The notes under the pieces were generated by a model that saw nothing but the letters and a program-made list of their open reading frames with translations, did not search any database and was not told where the DNA came from. A stretch of 64,000 nucleotides of DNA, taken from assembly GCA_951406725.2 (NCBI GenBank), contig OX597820.1, forward strand, positions 70,680,001 through 70,744,000, given 5' to 3'. Origin of the DNA: Octopus vulgaris (taxonomy: Eukaryota). Positions 13,524 to 25,883 of this stretch are shown one piece after another; position 1 is the first letter of the stretch; each line of letters opens with the position of its first letter. Position numbers and translations under genes: made by a program.

Positions 13524-13595
13524 TCTCACCGATGATCTACGGACATTTATCTAAGTAACATTACGTAATATGTTAATAGTGAAATATGTATGCGA
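13524..13595 (+). ncRNA. Hammerhead-like motif (CCGAUGA core variant)
   Basis: tctca-CCGATGA-tcta...tagt-GAAA-tatg-TA-tgcga. Confidence 0.55.
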
Positions 13596-13758
13596 ATAAT
13601 CCATATTTTTATTACTTTTTCTTTTGTCTTGCTCGATTACGTTCTGGTTGTTTTGCTAAATTTTTCTTGAGAACATTCCTTAGTGGTAAGACCATAGCGG
13701 ATCTATTTCTAGCATAAGGATGTCCACATAGTGGTTTCCCATAATATGTATATATATG

Positions 13759-13817
<59 letters not shown>

Positions 13818-13822
<5 letters not shown>

Positions 13823-14000
13823 GCATTTACAAAAAGACAAAAGAGGAAGACGGGTGTGTAAACAACAAACTGATGTATTAATTTAACGCTCTGGAAGTGA
13901 GAAAGTCTTTTACGTTTCGAGCCTACGCTCTTCCACGGAAAGGAACACAGAAATAAACAGGGAGAGAAAATAGAAAAAGGTTCAGTGGCTAGCGGTCTAT
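13818..14000 (-). mobile_element. Short (TA)n-anchored repeat with decayed minimal hammerhead (related copies at ~17670-17850 -, ~28055-28240 -, ~55030-55185 +, ~56290-56440 +)
   Basis: Shared core gaagagcgtaggctcgaaacgtaaaagac...gagcgt...ctaatac (stem II GAGC/GCTC, stem III ACGT). Confidence 0.6.
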
Positions 14001-14543
14001 CATATATATATGTGTGTGTGTGTGTGTAAGTATGTGTGGATACATGTACGTGCGTGTGTGTGTGTTAAATTTGATGAATTTGTTTATAGTTAGAAGTATA
14101 AGGCAAATTCTTCTAAGGTCGACGTTGCGTTTTATCGATGAAATAAGTACCGCTGTAATCGTATAGCCGCACTTCATAAATTTCACGTATTGTATTCTTG
14201 TAGAAAGAAATTAGTAGTGTAAGACTACTCCAAAACTTAATCCTTTATATTAAGGATTTTCTGTATTCACATCTGATTCCTATATACTGAGTTTTAAAAA
14301 GAAGCATACCTAAATCCATTAGTCTATCATCGTTTCTAAAAGTTCTTTGGATGTATGAACAGAATGAAATAGTAATAATGATGTATTGCGCGCTCAAAAT
14401 ATCATTAGAATAATACTATTAACTGATAAAATGGGCAACACAGAATTTTATGGCTGTACATCGGTTGAATGGTGACAGATTAAACACACGCACGCATACA
14501 CTCATGCACGCACACGCATACACATACACACGCATACACCCAT

Positions 14544-14579
<36 letters not shown>

Positions 14580-14780
14580 GGTAAAATACAAACCGAAATA
14601 GCCATTAACTAGTTGCATAACCATCAATATGAGAAGCATGAGATCGCAGTCAAATGAGTATATATATATATATAATATATAATATATAATATATATATAT
14701 AATATTATATATATATATATATATATATAATATAATATATAATATATAATATATATATATATATATTATATATATATATA

Positions 14781-15490
14781 ATACTAGCTTAAGGTGACCC
14801 GCTCTACGCGCGGGTAAGTGTGTGGTTCTTACTTTCTGTTTTTTATCACCACATTCTCCCTCTTCGTTTCTCTTTCCTTTTTCTCTCACTTTCCCACTCT
14901 CATACTCTTCCTTTCTCTCGGACTCTCCCTCACTTTCTCTTACTCTATATCTTTCTATATCTCTCTCCCATTTATAAACAACAAAAGATCTTGAGTAAGT
15001 TGAGAAAGTAAAATATTTTGAAAGATCAATCATAAATATCAGGCAGTGACAACGGAAAGGTCTGCTTCAAGGCAGACAGCAAAACACTAACATTTAAAAG
15101 GAACAGACGAACTTGCGAGCTGAATAAAAAAATTTTTAAATATTGGAAACCAAAGTTTGAAGGGATAGAATGTGAGGATAGTAGAGTCACCATGGCTGGC
15201 ATTTCTTAACGACGGACAGAAACGTAGTGGCAGTTTAACGGCTGGCGTAAAATTTTGAACTTGTTGTAAAAGAAAATTCCTAAACACCAAGTTTTGAAGT
15301 GATTCTTTCTCACGACAGTAGACTCACCATGGCAAGCATTCAAAACTTCTTCATCATGGACGACAACACATTAACGATTTAAAGGCTAGCGCAAATTTTT
15401 AGTTTGATGTAACAGAGAATTCCTAAACACCCGCTCCTGTAAATTTTAATCACCTTCCAGCCCCATTTAGACACCTTTTCACATTTTGGT
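14781..15490 (+). mobile_element. Helitron/Helentron-like non-autonomous element, 5' part
   Basis: Begins atactagc...acccgctctacgcgcgggt (short hairpin) after an AT tract; internal ~140-bp diverged tandem duplication at ~15180-15430. Confidence 0.5.
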
Positions 15491-15712
15491 TAATATAACT
15501 AAGGGCGGTGCCCCAGCATGGCCTCAGCCGGATGGCTGAAACAAGTAAAAGAGTAAAAGAGTATAACCCGATTTCATTCGGGTCTACTCGGGCCACATTT
15601 TATAAGATAAGGAATTTTTCATTTGAGGAAAAAAATAGTTGTCATGCAAACTTGCCAGCACTTTCAACATAGGTGTGCATATTTTCAGTACAACCGACCA
15701 CATAATGCACAC

Positions 15713-15783
<71 letters not shown>

Positions 15784-15824
15784 GAAAGAATGGAGTTGAA
15801 CGACGAATTAACAAAATTCCTTTA

Positions 15825-15907
15825 TTCACGACATATGTTTCGATGGCTGCATATTCCTAATTTCGAAGGAATAAGGGGTGCATTATGCCGCCTTCTCATC
15901 AGGAAAA
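15825..15907 (-). ncRNA. Type I hammerhead ribozyme
   Basis: ttttc-CTGATGA-gaaggcggcata...tatgcagccatc-GAAA-catatg-TC-gtgaa, with AATAAA immediately downstream. Confidence 0.8.
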
Positions 15908-16074
15908 ACAAGGAACTTATGTCAGCATCAAGATGAACAAAAACTTTTAGATGACTGACCACACGGAGCCCATAGCGATAATGAGTGTTTCTTTAAAATA
16001 TTATCGCTATGGGCTCCGTGTGGGCAGTCATCTAAAAGTTTTTGTTCATCTTGATGCCGACATAAGTTCCTTGT

Positions 16075-16157
16075 TTTTCCTGATGAGAAAGCGGCATAAT
16101 GCACCCCTTATTCCTTCGAAATTAGGAATATGCAGCCTTCGAAACATATGTCGAGAA
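16075..16157 (+). ncRNA. Type I hammerhead ribozyme
   Basis: ttttc-CTGATGA-gaaagcggcata...tatgcagccttc-GAAA-catatg-TC-gagaa; GUC triplet with predicted cut after 16152; AATAAA at 16156-16161. Confidence 0.85.
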
Positions 16158-16374
16158 TAAAGGAATTTTATTAATTCGTCGTTCAACTCCATTCTTTCAT
16201 TTATTTGTATTAAAAAAACACACAAATTTCCACACGAAAGCACATGATCTCTGCCCTTGGCATGTAGCTTCAACCGTGTTTTTCTGACGTGAATTTGCTA
16301 CCCAGGTATCGGTTAACCGAATTATCCTTAATAAGATAATTCATTCAACTACTCAAATATATATATACACGCAT

Positions 16375-16420
<46 letters not shown>

Positions 16421-16459
16421 CATTATATATACAAATGTATACAAATTATATATATATAT

Positions 16460-16940
16460 AAATTAAATTAGAGATAAAACCACTATTAGGAAAATTAAAC
16501 AGTGAAAAACATAACCCAAAACATAAAAATAAAAATATAATGTACAAAATATATAAAATATAAAATTTAAAAATTTAAATTATTTAAATTTAAAAGTAAA
16601 ATTATTAATTTATATTTATAATTTTTTTTAAATATATATAACTATCAAAAAGTACTAAAAAGTTTAATATACATAAATACAGATATATACACTTTGTATA
16701 TATACATTATATATATATATTTATATATAGAACACACACACACACACATATAAATGAACCCAATAAATATCTGATTCATAATATTTGTTCTCATGATTGT
16801 ATGGTGGTGGTGGCGATGATAATGTATATGAAAAATTTTAAGGCGATGTTGAATCATCGTTTAACATTGATTATGAAATGAAAACCTATGAATGAAGGCA
16901 GTCAAGTCATAGCTGTTTCATACTTTATTCGTATATATTG
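16460..16940 (-). mobile_element. pLTR-like unit related to the 61.4-62.2 kb palindrome arms
   Basis: Terminus ttagagataaaaccactattag next to (TA)n matches ttagagacaaaaccactattat at ~61805. Confidence 0.5.
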
Positions 16941-17249
16941 CCAAACGAACAATCCCATCCTTTTATATTAAGGTGGAGAGATGTGATATGAGGGGTATTG
17001 GGTTGCTATTTCTAGCAGGTCCTGTGACTACAGATTTACTCATTAACCCTTCTGTTACCCTCTTCCCTCCCTCCTTTTCTCTCTTCCTCTCTCTCTCCCT
17101 CATGAATGCAGACAGACGTAGAGAGAGAGTGTGTGTGAAAGCGCTGTCAGACGCCGTTATCAACGTTATATATAGAAAGTGATGGGAAGGGAGGAAAGAT
17201 AGTGAGTGAGGGAGGAAGACAGATACATAAAAGAATGGGAGTGGAGTTG

Positions 17250-17448
17250 TCAAAGTGCGTTTTTGGCCCTAGCAACGACACCTTTTAAGATAGGGATTTT
17301 TAACCTAGCCCACTAACATCCTCACCTCATTTTACATGTCCCTGTAAATTTTGGAGTCAATCCGACGGGATGTAGTGGCCTTTAAACCGTTCCAGACAAA
17401 CAAACAAACAAACAAACTTTTCGCATTTCAGTTTTATAAATAGAGATA
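17250..17448 (+). mobile_element. Helitron-like (Lep1/DINE-type) 3' end
   Basis: cctgtaaattttggagtcaatccg...(caaa)n ctttt cgcatttcagttttataaatagagat, followed by an AT tract. Confidence 0.5.
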
Positions 17449-17466
17449 ATATATAATATATATATA

Positions 17467-17525
<59 letters not shown>

Positions 17526-18346
17526 ATATAATATAATATAATATAATATAATATAATATAATATAATACATATCAAAAATATGCACATATACAAATGTCT
17601 GTGTATATATATGTATATATATATATATGAATATGTGTGTGTGTGTGTGTGTGTGTGTATAGTTCAAATTTATAGAAAATCAAAGACGAAGACAGGTGTA
17701 GGAACAACAAGCATGTGTATTAGTTGATGCTCGGGAAAAATAGAAAAGTCTTTTACGTTTTGAGCCTATACTTTTCGACAGAAAGGAATAAGAAGAAATA
17801 AATAGAGAGAATGTAAAGAAACGTGTTGAGTTCAGTGGTCCAGCATGGCAAATGATTGGAAAAAAAGTTTTGACGAGTAACATACGTAATACATACCTAC
17901 ATACATGCATACATTATGCGTAAACGTACGTACTGTACATACTAATATATATATATACATACATATGTATAATACATTAAAAATGGAGTTCAATCTTGCT
18001 TGCTTGCACATAATGGGAAGATACTTTGAGAGTAAAGTGAATACGAACGGAATATAATAGGTTTCGCGTAAATTGGATCAGTGGTTATTGAGATATTCGG
18101 GGTTTGGCTGTATAAGTACCCAAAACGGTGCAAAATGGGTAAATACTCCGAAAATAACTTAACCCTGAAAGGGAAGAAACTCTGACCTTTCCATTAGACA
18201 CATTATGATGAGCAAAATATTTTAAAGTGAAAATTACTTTAAAACTACGGTAAATATTTCGTGAAAAGACCTATTCGTAACCTCTGTGTGAAATGGCTTT
18301 TTTTTCCATAGATTTCTTTCGAGTGCATTCAACGTATCTCACTTCC

Positions 18347-18465
18347 AAAGATTTGGCTGCTATTTCAAGTACGCCCTGCTACCACGTAACAGCTCTTTGT
18401 GATAAAGAACCCGAAATATCTGTTACACTGTAGCAGGGCATGCTAGAAATAGCAGCCAAATCTTT
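18347..18465. repeat. Hairpin with ~46-bp arms
   Basis: aaagatttggctgctatttc...gtaacag (18347-18392) is the imperfect reverse complement of ctgttac...gcagccaaatcttt (18420-18465). Confidence 0.85.
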
Positions 18466-19029
18466 CCTTTTCTGGGGAAAGGAACCATTTAAGCGTGATT
18501 TCGATGTCACATTTGTTGAAAGCATGCGAAATAAAATAGAACGAAAAAAAAACCCACGAAACAAAACTCCGTTGCTGGGAAGCTCAGACTTCCCAGGTCT
18601 TGTATCATATTCTGTGTTTCGAAACGTGAAGAGAGACATGGAGACAGCCACATTCAAGCAAGTAGATTCACTAAATCATACACACACACACATACGCACG
18701 CACTTACTCACACACACGTACACGCACACACAAATTGTATTAAAGAGCGTACTTTAAACTTTTTTAATCAGATGACAACAAAACCAATGATTTCCTTTCT
18801 CCTATAAAACTTGTTTACTTAAAACACGCGCTAAAATTTATTTAATCATTTTAACTGCAAATTTTTCAGTAGAACGTGATTCTTTTTCTCTGTGTGTATG
18901 CGCGCGTGTAAACTCTGTGAAAGCAAACACTAATATGTATGCTGACCGTTACCCGCCAATGAATATGGCTTGGTAACAAGCATCATGCTTTCGATAATTG
19001 TTTTAGATGCCAATGCAATCATGGGTACA

Positions 19030-19234
19030 CACAAACATACATAAACATACATACATACATACATACATACACACACACACACGTACATACATACATATAT
19101 GTATACATATATACATACGTGCATGCATACAAACATGCAAACACATACAAGCATACATACATACACATGCATACATACATACATACATACATACATACAT
19201 ACATACATACATACATACATACATACATACATAC
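19030..19234. repeat. (TACA)n microsatellite
   Basis: Seen directly. Confidence 0.95.
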
Positions 19235-19612
19235 AAGTTTTGGTTTGTACCTGTAATTATTGGAGCACTGAGATATGTAACACACTGCTTAAATACCAAT
19301 CGTGAGAAATTGGGTTTCTCAAAACCAGAAAGCAGAAAGCTGGTTCGAAGTCTACACATCCAATCCATCACTAGAATTGTAAAAATCCAGAAGTTTATCA
19401 TTTAAGTATATATGAACATGTCTAGGTATGCAAGTATTTGCACGAAAATACATACATAAAACAAAACATACGAATCTGCATGTATATATATATATACATA
19501 CATACATTCAAAAATGCCCTGTTGATGTTGTTGAAATTCCAATGTAGGAGCCTTGAATCTCGGTTAGAAATCGGCACTTTCTCTATCTTGAAATAAAACT
19601 AAATAATGACGT
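19235..19612 (+). mobile_element. REL-endonuclease LINE (R4/NeSL-like) 3' fragment
   Basis: FVPVIIGALRYV...LGF...LHIQSITRIVKI matches the C-terminal PVIIGALG...LQ..A..GT..I motif. Confidence 0.65.
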
Positions 19613-19617
19613 AAGTA

Positions 19618-20843
19618 CACAGACATGACAGAAGTAAGTAGACAGTCCATAAACATCGTTTTATGTTTGTTCTAACTTGTAAAGTTTTATATCTTTTATT
19701 AATTGACATTTTTATGTTTCGGGTTCTATATGTGACTGTTTAATCATGCCATGTACAAAAGAAGCCTTGGAACTGTCTGAATTTCAAAGAGGCCGTATTG
19801 TGGGTTATTCTGAAGGTGAGGTGAACTAAGCGTATAATTACGGAAAACCTTGGGATCCCACTTTCTATAATTAAGTGCACTTCACCAGAAAGGGAAAGGA
19901 GTTCACATCACCTCGCCCAAATTGACCTGGTCCTTTTGACAGGATCCTTCTCTTTGTTAAGAGAAGTGTGGAGCATAATCTTCGTTGCAAGGCCTCTGAT
20001 ATAGCAGAACAAGTTGGTATCAGTCCCAGAACAGCTGTCAGGTATCTCCATAAACCTTGTTACTAAGGCAAAGCAGCAAGAAGAAAGCCACTTCTTTGAC
20101 CAGCCAATACCAAGCGGAGAAAAGATTGGGCCAGTGAGATGGTGAAGAGGCCACTAGCAATTTGATGTAGTTTTATTCTCCAATGAGTTCAGATTTGCTG
20201 TATTTTCTGACAATGGTCGAGTGTGGGTCTGGAGACTCAGTGATCGAGAATTTGATGTGAAAAGATTTCTGTCAACAATAAAACATGGCAGCTATTCTGT
20301 GATGGTCTGGGGAGAAATTTGCAGCATTGTTCAGTCAGAGCTGATGGAGTGTGAAGAAAACTCAGATAAATGTGTCCATATTGCAAATAGGACTCCTTCT
20401 AATCTTATCAAGTGGTTAAATGAATAAAGAAGACTCTTTATTTATGGAAGATGGGGCTCCTTGTCACACGGCTAAAATGACCCGAGATTTGTTGGAAGCG
20501 AATGGCATTAAAAAGCTTCCATGGCCAAGCCAATCACCAGATATTAAACAAGTTCTGGGACATAATGGAGAGGACACTTCATAAAAAGACCAAGAAAGCA
20601 TCTTCAAAGTCAAATCTTTTGACATTACTGCATGCAACATGGCACAAAAATTCCTCAAGAGAATATTCATCTGATCATTAACATGCCTAATAGGGTCCTT
20701 GTATTTTTCAATGCAAGGAGCATGTCTCCTAAATATTGAATATTCACATCATAACAATTAATGAATTATTTGAATTTATAATTTCAAATTTAAATAAATT
20801 TGAATGGTTCTACAGGTGTCTATTGACTTCTGTCATGTCTGTG
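19618..20843 (+). mobile_element. Tc1-like DNA transposon, full length but degenerate
   Basis: TIRs cacagacatgacagaagt..tagaca / tgtcta..acttctgtcatgtctgtg; 5' TA; transposase motifs ELSEFQRGRIVG, ARRKPLL, FSNEFRF, VWVWR, KHGSYSVMVWG, FMEDGAPCHTA, WPSQSPD. Confidence 0.92.
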
Positions 20844-21144
20844 ACCATACATACATACACACATACATACACACATACATACATACATACATACATACAT
20901 ACATACATACATACATACATACATACATACATACATACATACATACAAGACGAGCTACCGATGTTTCCTTCAACAAGTTTTCCTTTTGAAGTTATTGCAG
21001 ACGACACTTACCCTAGATACTACGCAGTGAAACCGAACCCATAACTACGTAATTTGAAAGTGAACTTCTAAATCACAAAGGTATACACACATGGATGTGC
21101 TTGTGTATATATACGTACGTACGTACGGACGGACGGATGTATTA

Positions 21145-21260
21145 ATGGATGGATGGATGGATGGATGAATGGATGGATGGAAGGAAGGATGGAAGGAAGG
21201 ATGGAAGGAAGGAAGGATGGATGAAGGAAGGAAGGAAGGAAGGAAGGAAGGAAGGAAGGA
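21145..21260. repeat. (GGAT)n/(GGAA)n microsatellite
   Basis: Seen directly. Confidence 0.95.
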
Positions 21261-21534
21261 TGTGTGCTTCGTGATTTATTTAACTTCGTTTATAATCTAG
21301 CTATATATTTGTTTGTAATCTTATTTTGTGTGACTCATGAATTATTTTATTGAAAGCTGAGTCACTTTTCCAAACATCCTGTATAATCAATCCATGATCC
21401 AAAACTATTCTAAAGCAATTTGTCAAACATTTAAATACTATAGGATTTTCATAATCCACTTATCTATAAAAATTGATTTCCTTTTTTCTTTACCTGAGGA
21501 AATTTGATTTCGTTATCATACCACTACACTAAAG

Positions 21535-21700
21535 TAAGGGCGCGTGGGCTGGTGATTAGGGTGATACACTCGGGATCGTATGATGTTAGTTTCGATTCCC
21601 AGACTGGGCAGTGTATTATGTTCTTGAGCAGTGCTTCACTTCACGTTGCTTCAGTCCAGTCAGTTATAACTGAGAAACCCTGAGGCAGACTGGCGTCCCT
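21535..21700 (+). mobile_element. SINE family C, diverged
   Basis: gggcgcgtgg...ttcgattccc...tgttcttgagca...ttcacgttgct, as in 59412-59745. Confidence 0.65.
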
Positions 21701-22049
21701 TTAAGTGGATTTGTATCAACTGGAGCCCTCATTCGTCGCAACTGACGGAGAGCCAGTGCGGGCGTATGTGCTAATGAAACAGACTAACCATTACTGTTGC
21801 TGTTGTTCTCGGGTTGTTTTGGTTGTTTAGCTTCTATCTCTAACCTAACAAAGTTATAATCAAGACATTCCTTCTTTGACCGAGACAAACCAAATCAAAA
21901 ACTAGGTTAGACAACGTGTTCTTCTTTTCTAAGACAGCAGCTTGTGATTTGAGGGAGATTTGGCTGTTATTTCTAGCAGACCGAGCAACTATTTCAGGTT
22001 TTCTCAATGACTCATATACCAATATAAATCTAGTCTCACTGAAGTTCAC

Positions 22050-22410
22050 TTTGCTATCACGTGGTTTCAGGTTCAGTCCAACTGTGCAGCATCTTGAGGA
22101 AACGATTTCTACGACAGCCCCGGGTCGACTAATGCCTTGTGAGTGAGTTTAATAAACGGAAACTGTATTGACGCCAGTCGCATAATTACGTATGCGCGTT
22201 TGTGTTTATCCTTACCATCGCTCGATAACCAGTGTTCGATTGTTAACGTCCCCGTACGCTAGCGCTTCGACAAAAGAAATTGAAGGAATAAGTACCAGAC
22301 TAAAAAAATAACATTAAGGTCAATCTTTTCGACTAAAACCCTTTAAGGTGGTGTCACATCATGGCCGAAGTCCAGTTACTGAAACAAGTAAAAAAAAGCA
22401 ACAAAAGATA
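22050..22410 (+). mobile_element. SINE family A, diverged
   Basis: Recognisable body and gaaacaagtaaaa tail. Confidence 0.7.
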
Positions 22411-22501
22411 TATGTGTGTGTATTCATACATACATACATACATCCCTACTCCATCCCCAACTGTTGCTTATGCACTGTAATAATCACCAACGAAGATTCT
22501 A

Positions 22502-22640
22502 AGTAGCTTGCTTACCAATCACATGGTTCCGGGTTCAGTCCCACTGCGTGACACCTTGGGCAAGCGTCTTCTACTATAGCCTCGGGCCGACTAAAGCCTT
22601 GTGAGTGGATTTGGTAGACGGAAACTGAAAGAAGCCCGTC

Positions 22641-22679
<39 letters not shown>

Positions 22680-22880
22680 TGTGTGTCTGTGTTTGTCCCC
22701 CAGCATCGCTTGACAACCGATGCTGGTGTGTTTACGTCCCCGTCACTTAGCGGTTCGGCCAGAGAGACCGATAGAATAAGTACTAGGCTTACAAAGTATA
22801 AGCCCTGGGGTCGATTTGCTCGACTAAAGGCGGTGCTCCAGCATGGCCACAGTCAAATGATTGAAACAAGTAAAAAAAAG
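22502..22880 (+). mobile_element. SINE family A
   Basis: High similarity to 53945-54360; internal (TA)n. Confidence 0.9.
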
Positions 22881-22949
22881 TTACGCAACGGTTTAAGACT
22901 TAAAGGGTGTTGAATATTTATTAGCGTAAAGCATAAGTATGGAATGTAA

Positions 22950-23027
22950 ATACACACATACACATATATATACATACATATATATATATATATATATTCA
23001 TATATATATATACACATATATATATAC

Positions 23028-23060
<33 letters not shown>

Positions 23061-23085
23061 CATATATATACATATATATATATAC

Positions 23086-23138
<53 letters not shown>

Positions 23139-23235
23139 CATATATATATATACATATATATATAGATATATACATATATATATACATATATATACATATA
23201 TATATATACATATATATATATACATATATATATAC

Positions 23236-23320
<85 letters not shown>
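22950..23320. repeat. Long interrupted (TA)n tract
   Basis: Seen directly. Confidence 0.97.
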
Positions 23321-23325
<5 letters not shown>

Positions 23326-23996
23326 AAAATAAAAATTAACTATTAATTTTTTACCAGTGCCCAGCGTGAGTAAAAATTTCCGTAGACTGCAAATATTATT
23401 ATATTATATGTGTGTGTGTGTATAAAAATTATACACGATGAGAAAAGCCACTAAGTGGTTTTCCAACACGCTAGAAGTAGGAGATAAATCCCAAACCACA
23501 AAAAAACTAATTCTTATTTTAGCACGTTGAATGTAGGCGAGCAGGACAATTTGAGAATATTCAAACATGCTTAGTCATTCCCGTACTTCGGAGATTCGCC
23601 CTTAATGATTAAGTACATTAATTAATTAATCAATTAATCAATGCATTAAACCATCAACGAGAATTGCTATGGACATATAATTATAAAACTCAATACATAC
23701 CGCATCGGACAAGGTACACTGCATATTGAGTCTACATCAATGATGAGCCATAGATGGTTTAATGCATTGACTGATTGATTAATTAATTAATTAGTATACT
23801 TAATCGCAGAGGACGATACATCGAAGTATGGGAATGACTAAACATTTTTGAATTCTCTCAAATTGTCCTGCCCGTTTACATTCAACGCGCTAAAATAAGA
23901 ATTAGTTTTTGCGTGGTTTGGGATTTATCTCCTATTTCTAGCGTGTTGGAAAACCACTTAATGGCTTTTCCCTTCGTGTATATTTTTTATACACAC

Positions 23997-24000
<4 letters not shown>
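23321..24000. mobile_element. Head-to-head inverted pLTR-like pair between two (TA)n tracts
   Basis: Arms ~23415-23655 and ~23753-24000 are diverged reverse complements; the left arm has an extra ~90-bp extension; no clean hammerhead read. Confidence 0.75.
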
Positions 24001-24072
<72 letters not shown>

Positions 24073-25004
24073 TATACATGGTCCTCTCAGGTTTTAGATG
24101 AATCAGTTTAACAATATTTTCGCTGTTAATGCAATAAAGCTAGCATATGGAATTACTTTCGAATTGTAAGCTTTAATGCTTTTATCGTATTTTTTTTATC
24201 ATTTACGTGCTATCCTAACTAAATCTTGGGAGACACAGGATACGCATAACTTCGAAGCGCTGACTCAATAATTCTATCTGTAAATTATTTATTGCCGGTA
24301 ACAGCCGATCCGAGTTTGATTGGTTTAAATGGCGAGATAGTGACAAAAGCGATTTCAGAATAATAGTGACATTCATTTGTTCAGCTTAGCTGCAATTGTT
24401 TGGTAACAGCAGTGCAGATGAGGTAATGTTACTGGAATTTTGTTAGTTGACTACTGAATGTCAATATAAGCGAAGTTTTAAATTTTTCTTTTGTGCCTCG
24501 TTTGATCACAGCAAATCCATTTTAATCGCTGTAAATTCAATAGACATTAGGTGCGAGCAACAGTTTAACAATACATGCCATTTGTGCAAACATTATACGC
24601 AGATAAAAGCTATGTTATTGTAGAGTCTGACTTGAAAATGTGAGTAAAAGAGAGTCTGACTTGAATATGTGCCTATTATACAAACAATTGGTAAATCTAA
24701 CATTTAAAAGCATGGGAAATAAAGGAGGAAATTACAATGTAGTTAAACTATAACAATGTCGCCAAATAACAATGTCGTTTACTTTTTTGTATGCGGATTT
24801 TTATAGGTTACTAAATACCATATAAAATCCCTTATAATTAATACCATGGGTATTTGCAATATTTTCACTAATATGCAGTTATCATCACATTTTTGTCTTG
24901 TATGTGTATATACGTTCTGACAAGCAGTTTGCTAAAACATAATTGAAACATCCCGCAAATCAATTCAAAGTTGAACATCGTACTTGTTTGTCAGAGAACA
25001 TATT

Positions 25005-25190
25005 CTTCTTTAGTCTAGGCACAAGGCCCGAAATTTGGGAGAGGGGGTCAGTCCATTAGATCGACCTCAGTACGCAACTGGTACTTAATTTATCGACCTC
25101 GAAAGGATGAAAGGCAAAGTCGACCTCGGCGGAATTTGAACTCAGAACGTAGCGGCAGACGAAATACCGCTAAGCATTTCGTCCGGTGTG
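25005..25190 (-). mobile_element. SINE family B
   Basis: gaaaggatgaaaggcaaagtcgacctcggcggaatttgaactcagaacgt core. Confidence 0.85.
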
Positions 25191-25851
25191 ATTTCAAACG
25201 ACCTTCTTAACCACACAACTGAAATAGGAGATGATAATTAAAAAAACTAATAAACAACTGATGATGATAAAATACAGTAGGTGAGAGCCTCATGTATTTT
25301 GATTAATTCAGGAGATTGCCAGATCTTAGATATTATCTATATCATTGATATCAAAGCTGTGATGGCTGGGATATTTCATAACGCTGTTAGCAAACAATAT
25401 CATACTTGAAATATTTTCTATCATATTTAGCAAATGTATGAAATCTGTTTAAGCGTTGTGTACCTGGGAGGCTGTAATCTTCAAAGGTATTAAAGAGACA
25501 CGTTTGCAATATCATTAGTAAATCTTATAGGATAAATTGGACAAAATATTATTGCGCAGGCCGAATCTAATTCAGTATGAGTCTCCATTGCACTACAAAA
25601 CAATTATAATATGACTGCTAAGCTACAATCAACACAGTGCCTCAAGTAACAAGTGTCTGTTGAAAACGTCTCGAGTGTTGAGTGGACAGTAATTACCGGC
25701 GGACGCAGTCAATAATTACTATGCATGAATACATGTGCACAATCAAAAGACAGAATCGAAATCGCACACGCACATGCGCATTTACACACACACACACACA
25801 AACTGACATATGCTCACCCCCACACACACACACATATATAAAACAGATACA

Positions 25852-25883
<32 letters not shown>

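Larger units (their letters stand above)
13040..13755. mobile_element. Head-to-head inverted Penelope-like pLTR pair between two (TA)n tracts
   Basis: Arms ~13146-13384 and ~13516-13754 are reverse complements with a ~130-bp spacer; the left arm has an extra ~100-bp extension. Confidence 0.8.
15778..16203. mobile_element. Head-to-head inverted pLTR pair with two hammerheads
   Basis: Arms ~15778-15982 and ~16000-16203 are near-perfect reverse complements with a 17-nt spacer; left end joins (TA)n at 15721-15780. Confidence 0.88.

Noticed and set aside
22853-23346. Long ORFs rich in YI/IY, MYVC/HTYI, poly-N/I/Y/S/R (here and at 4.8, 19, 28, 30, 43, 49 and 52-55 kb)
   Set aside because: Translations of stop-free microsatellites, not genes
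23655-23900. Hammerhead in the 23-kb palindrome (aTGATGA at ~23740)
   Set aside because: No GAAA, stem III or stem I could be assembled
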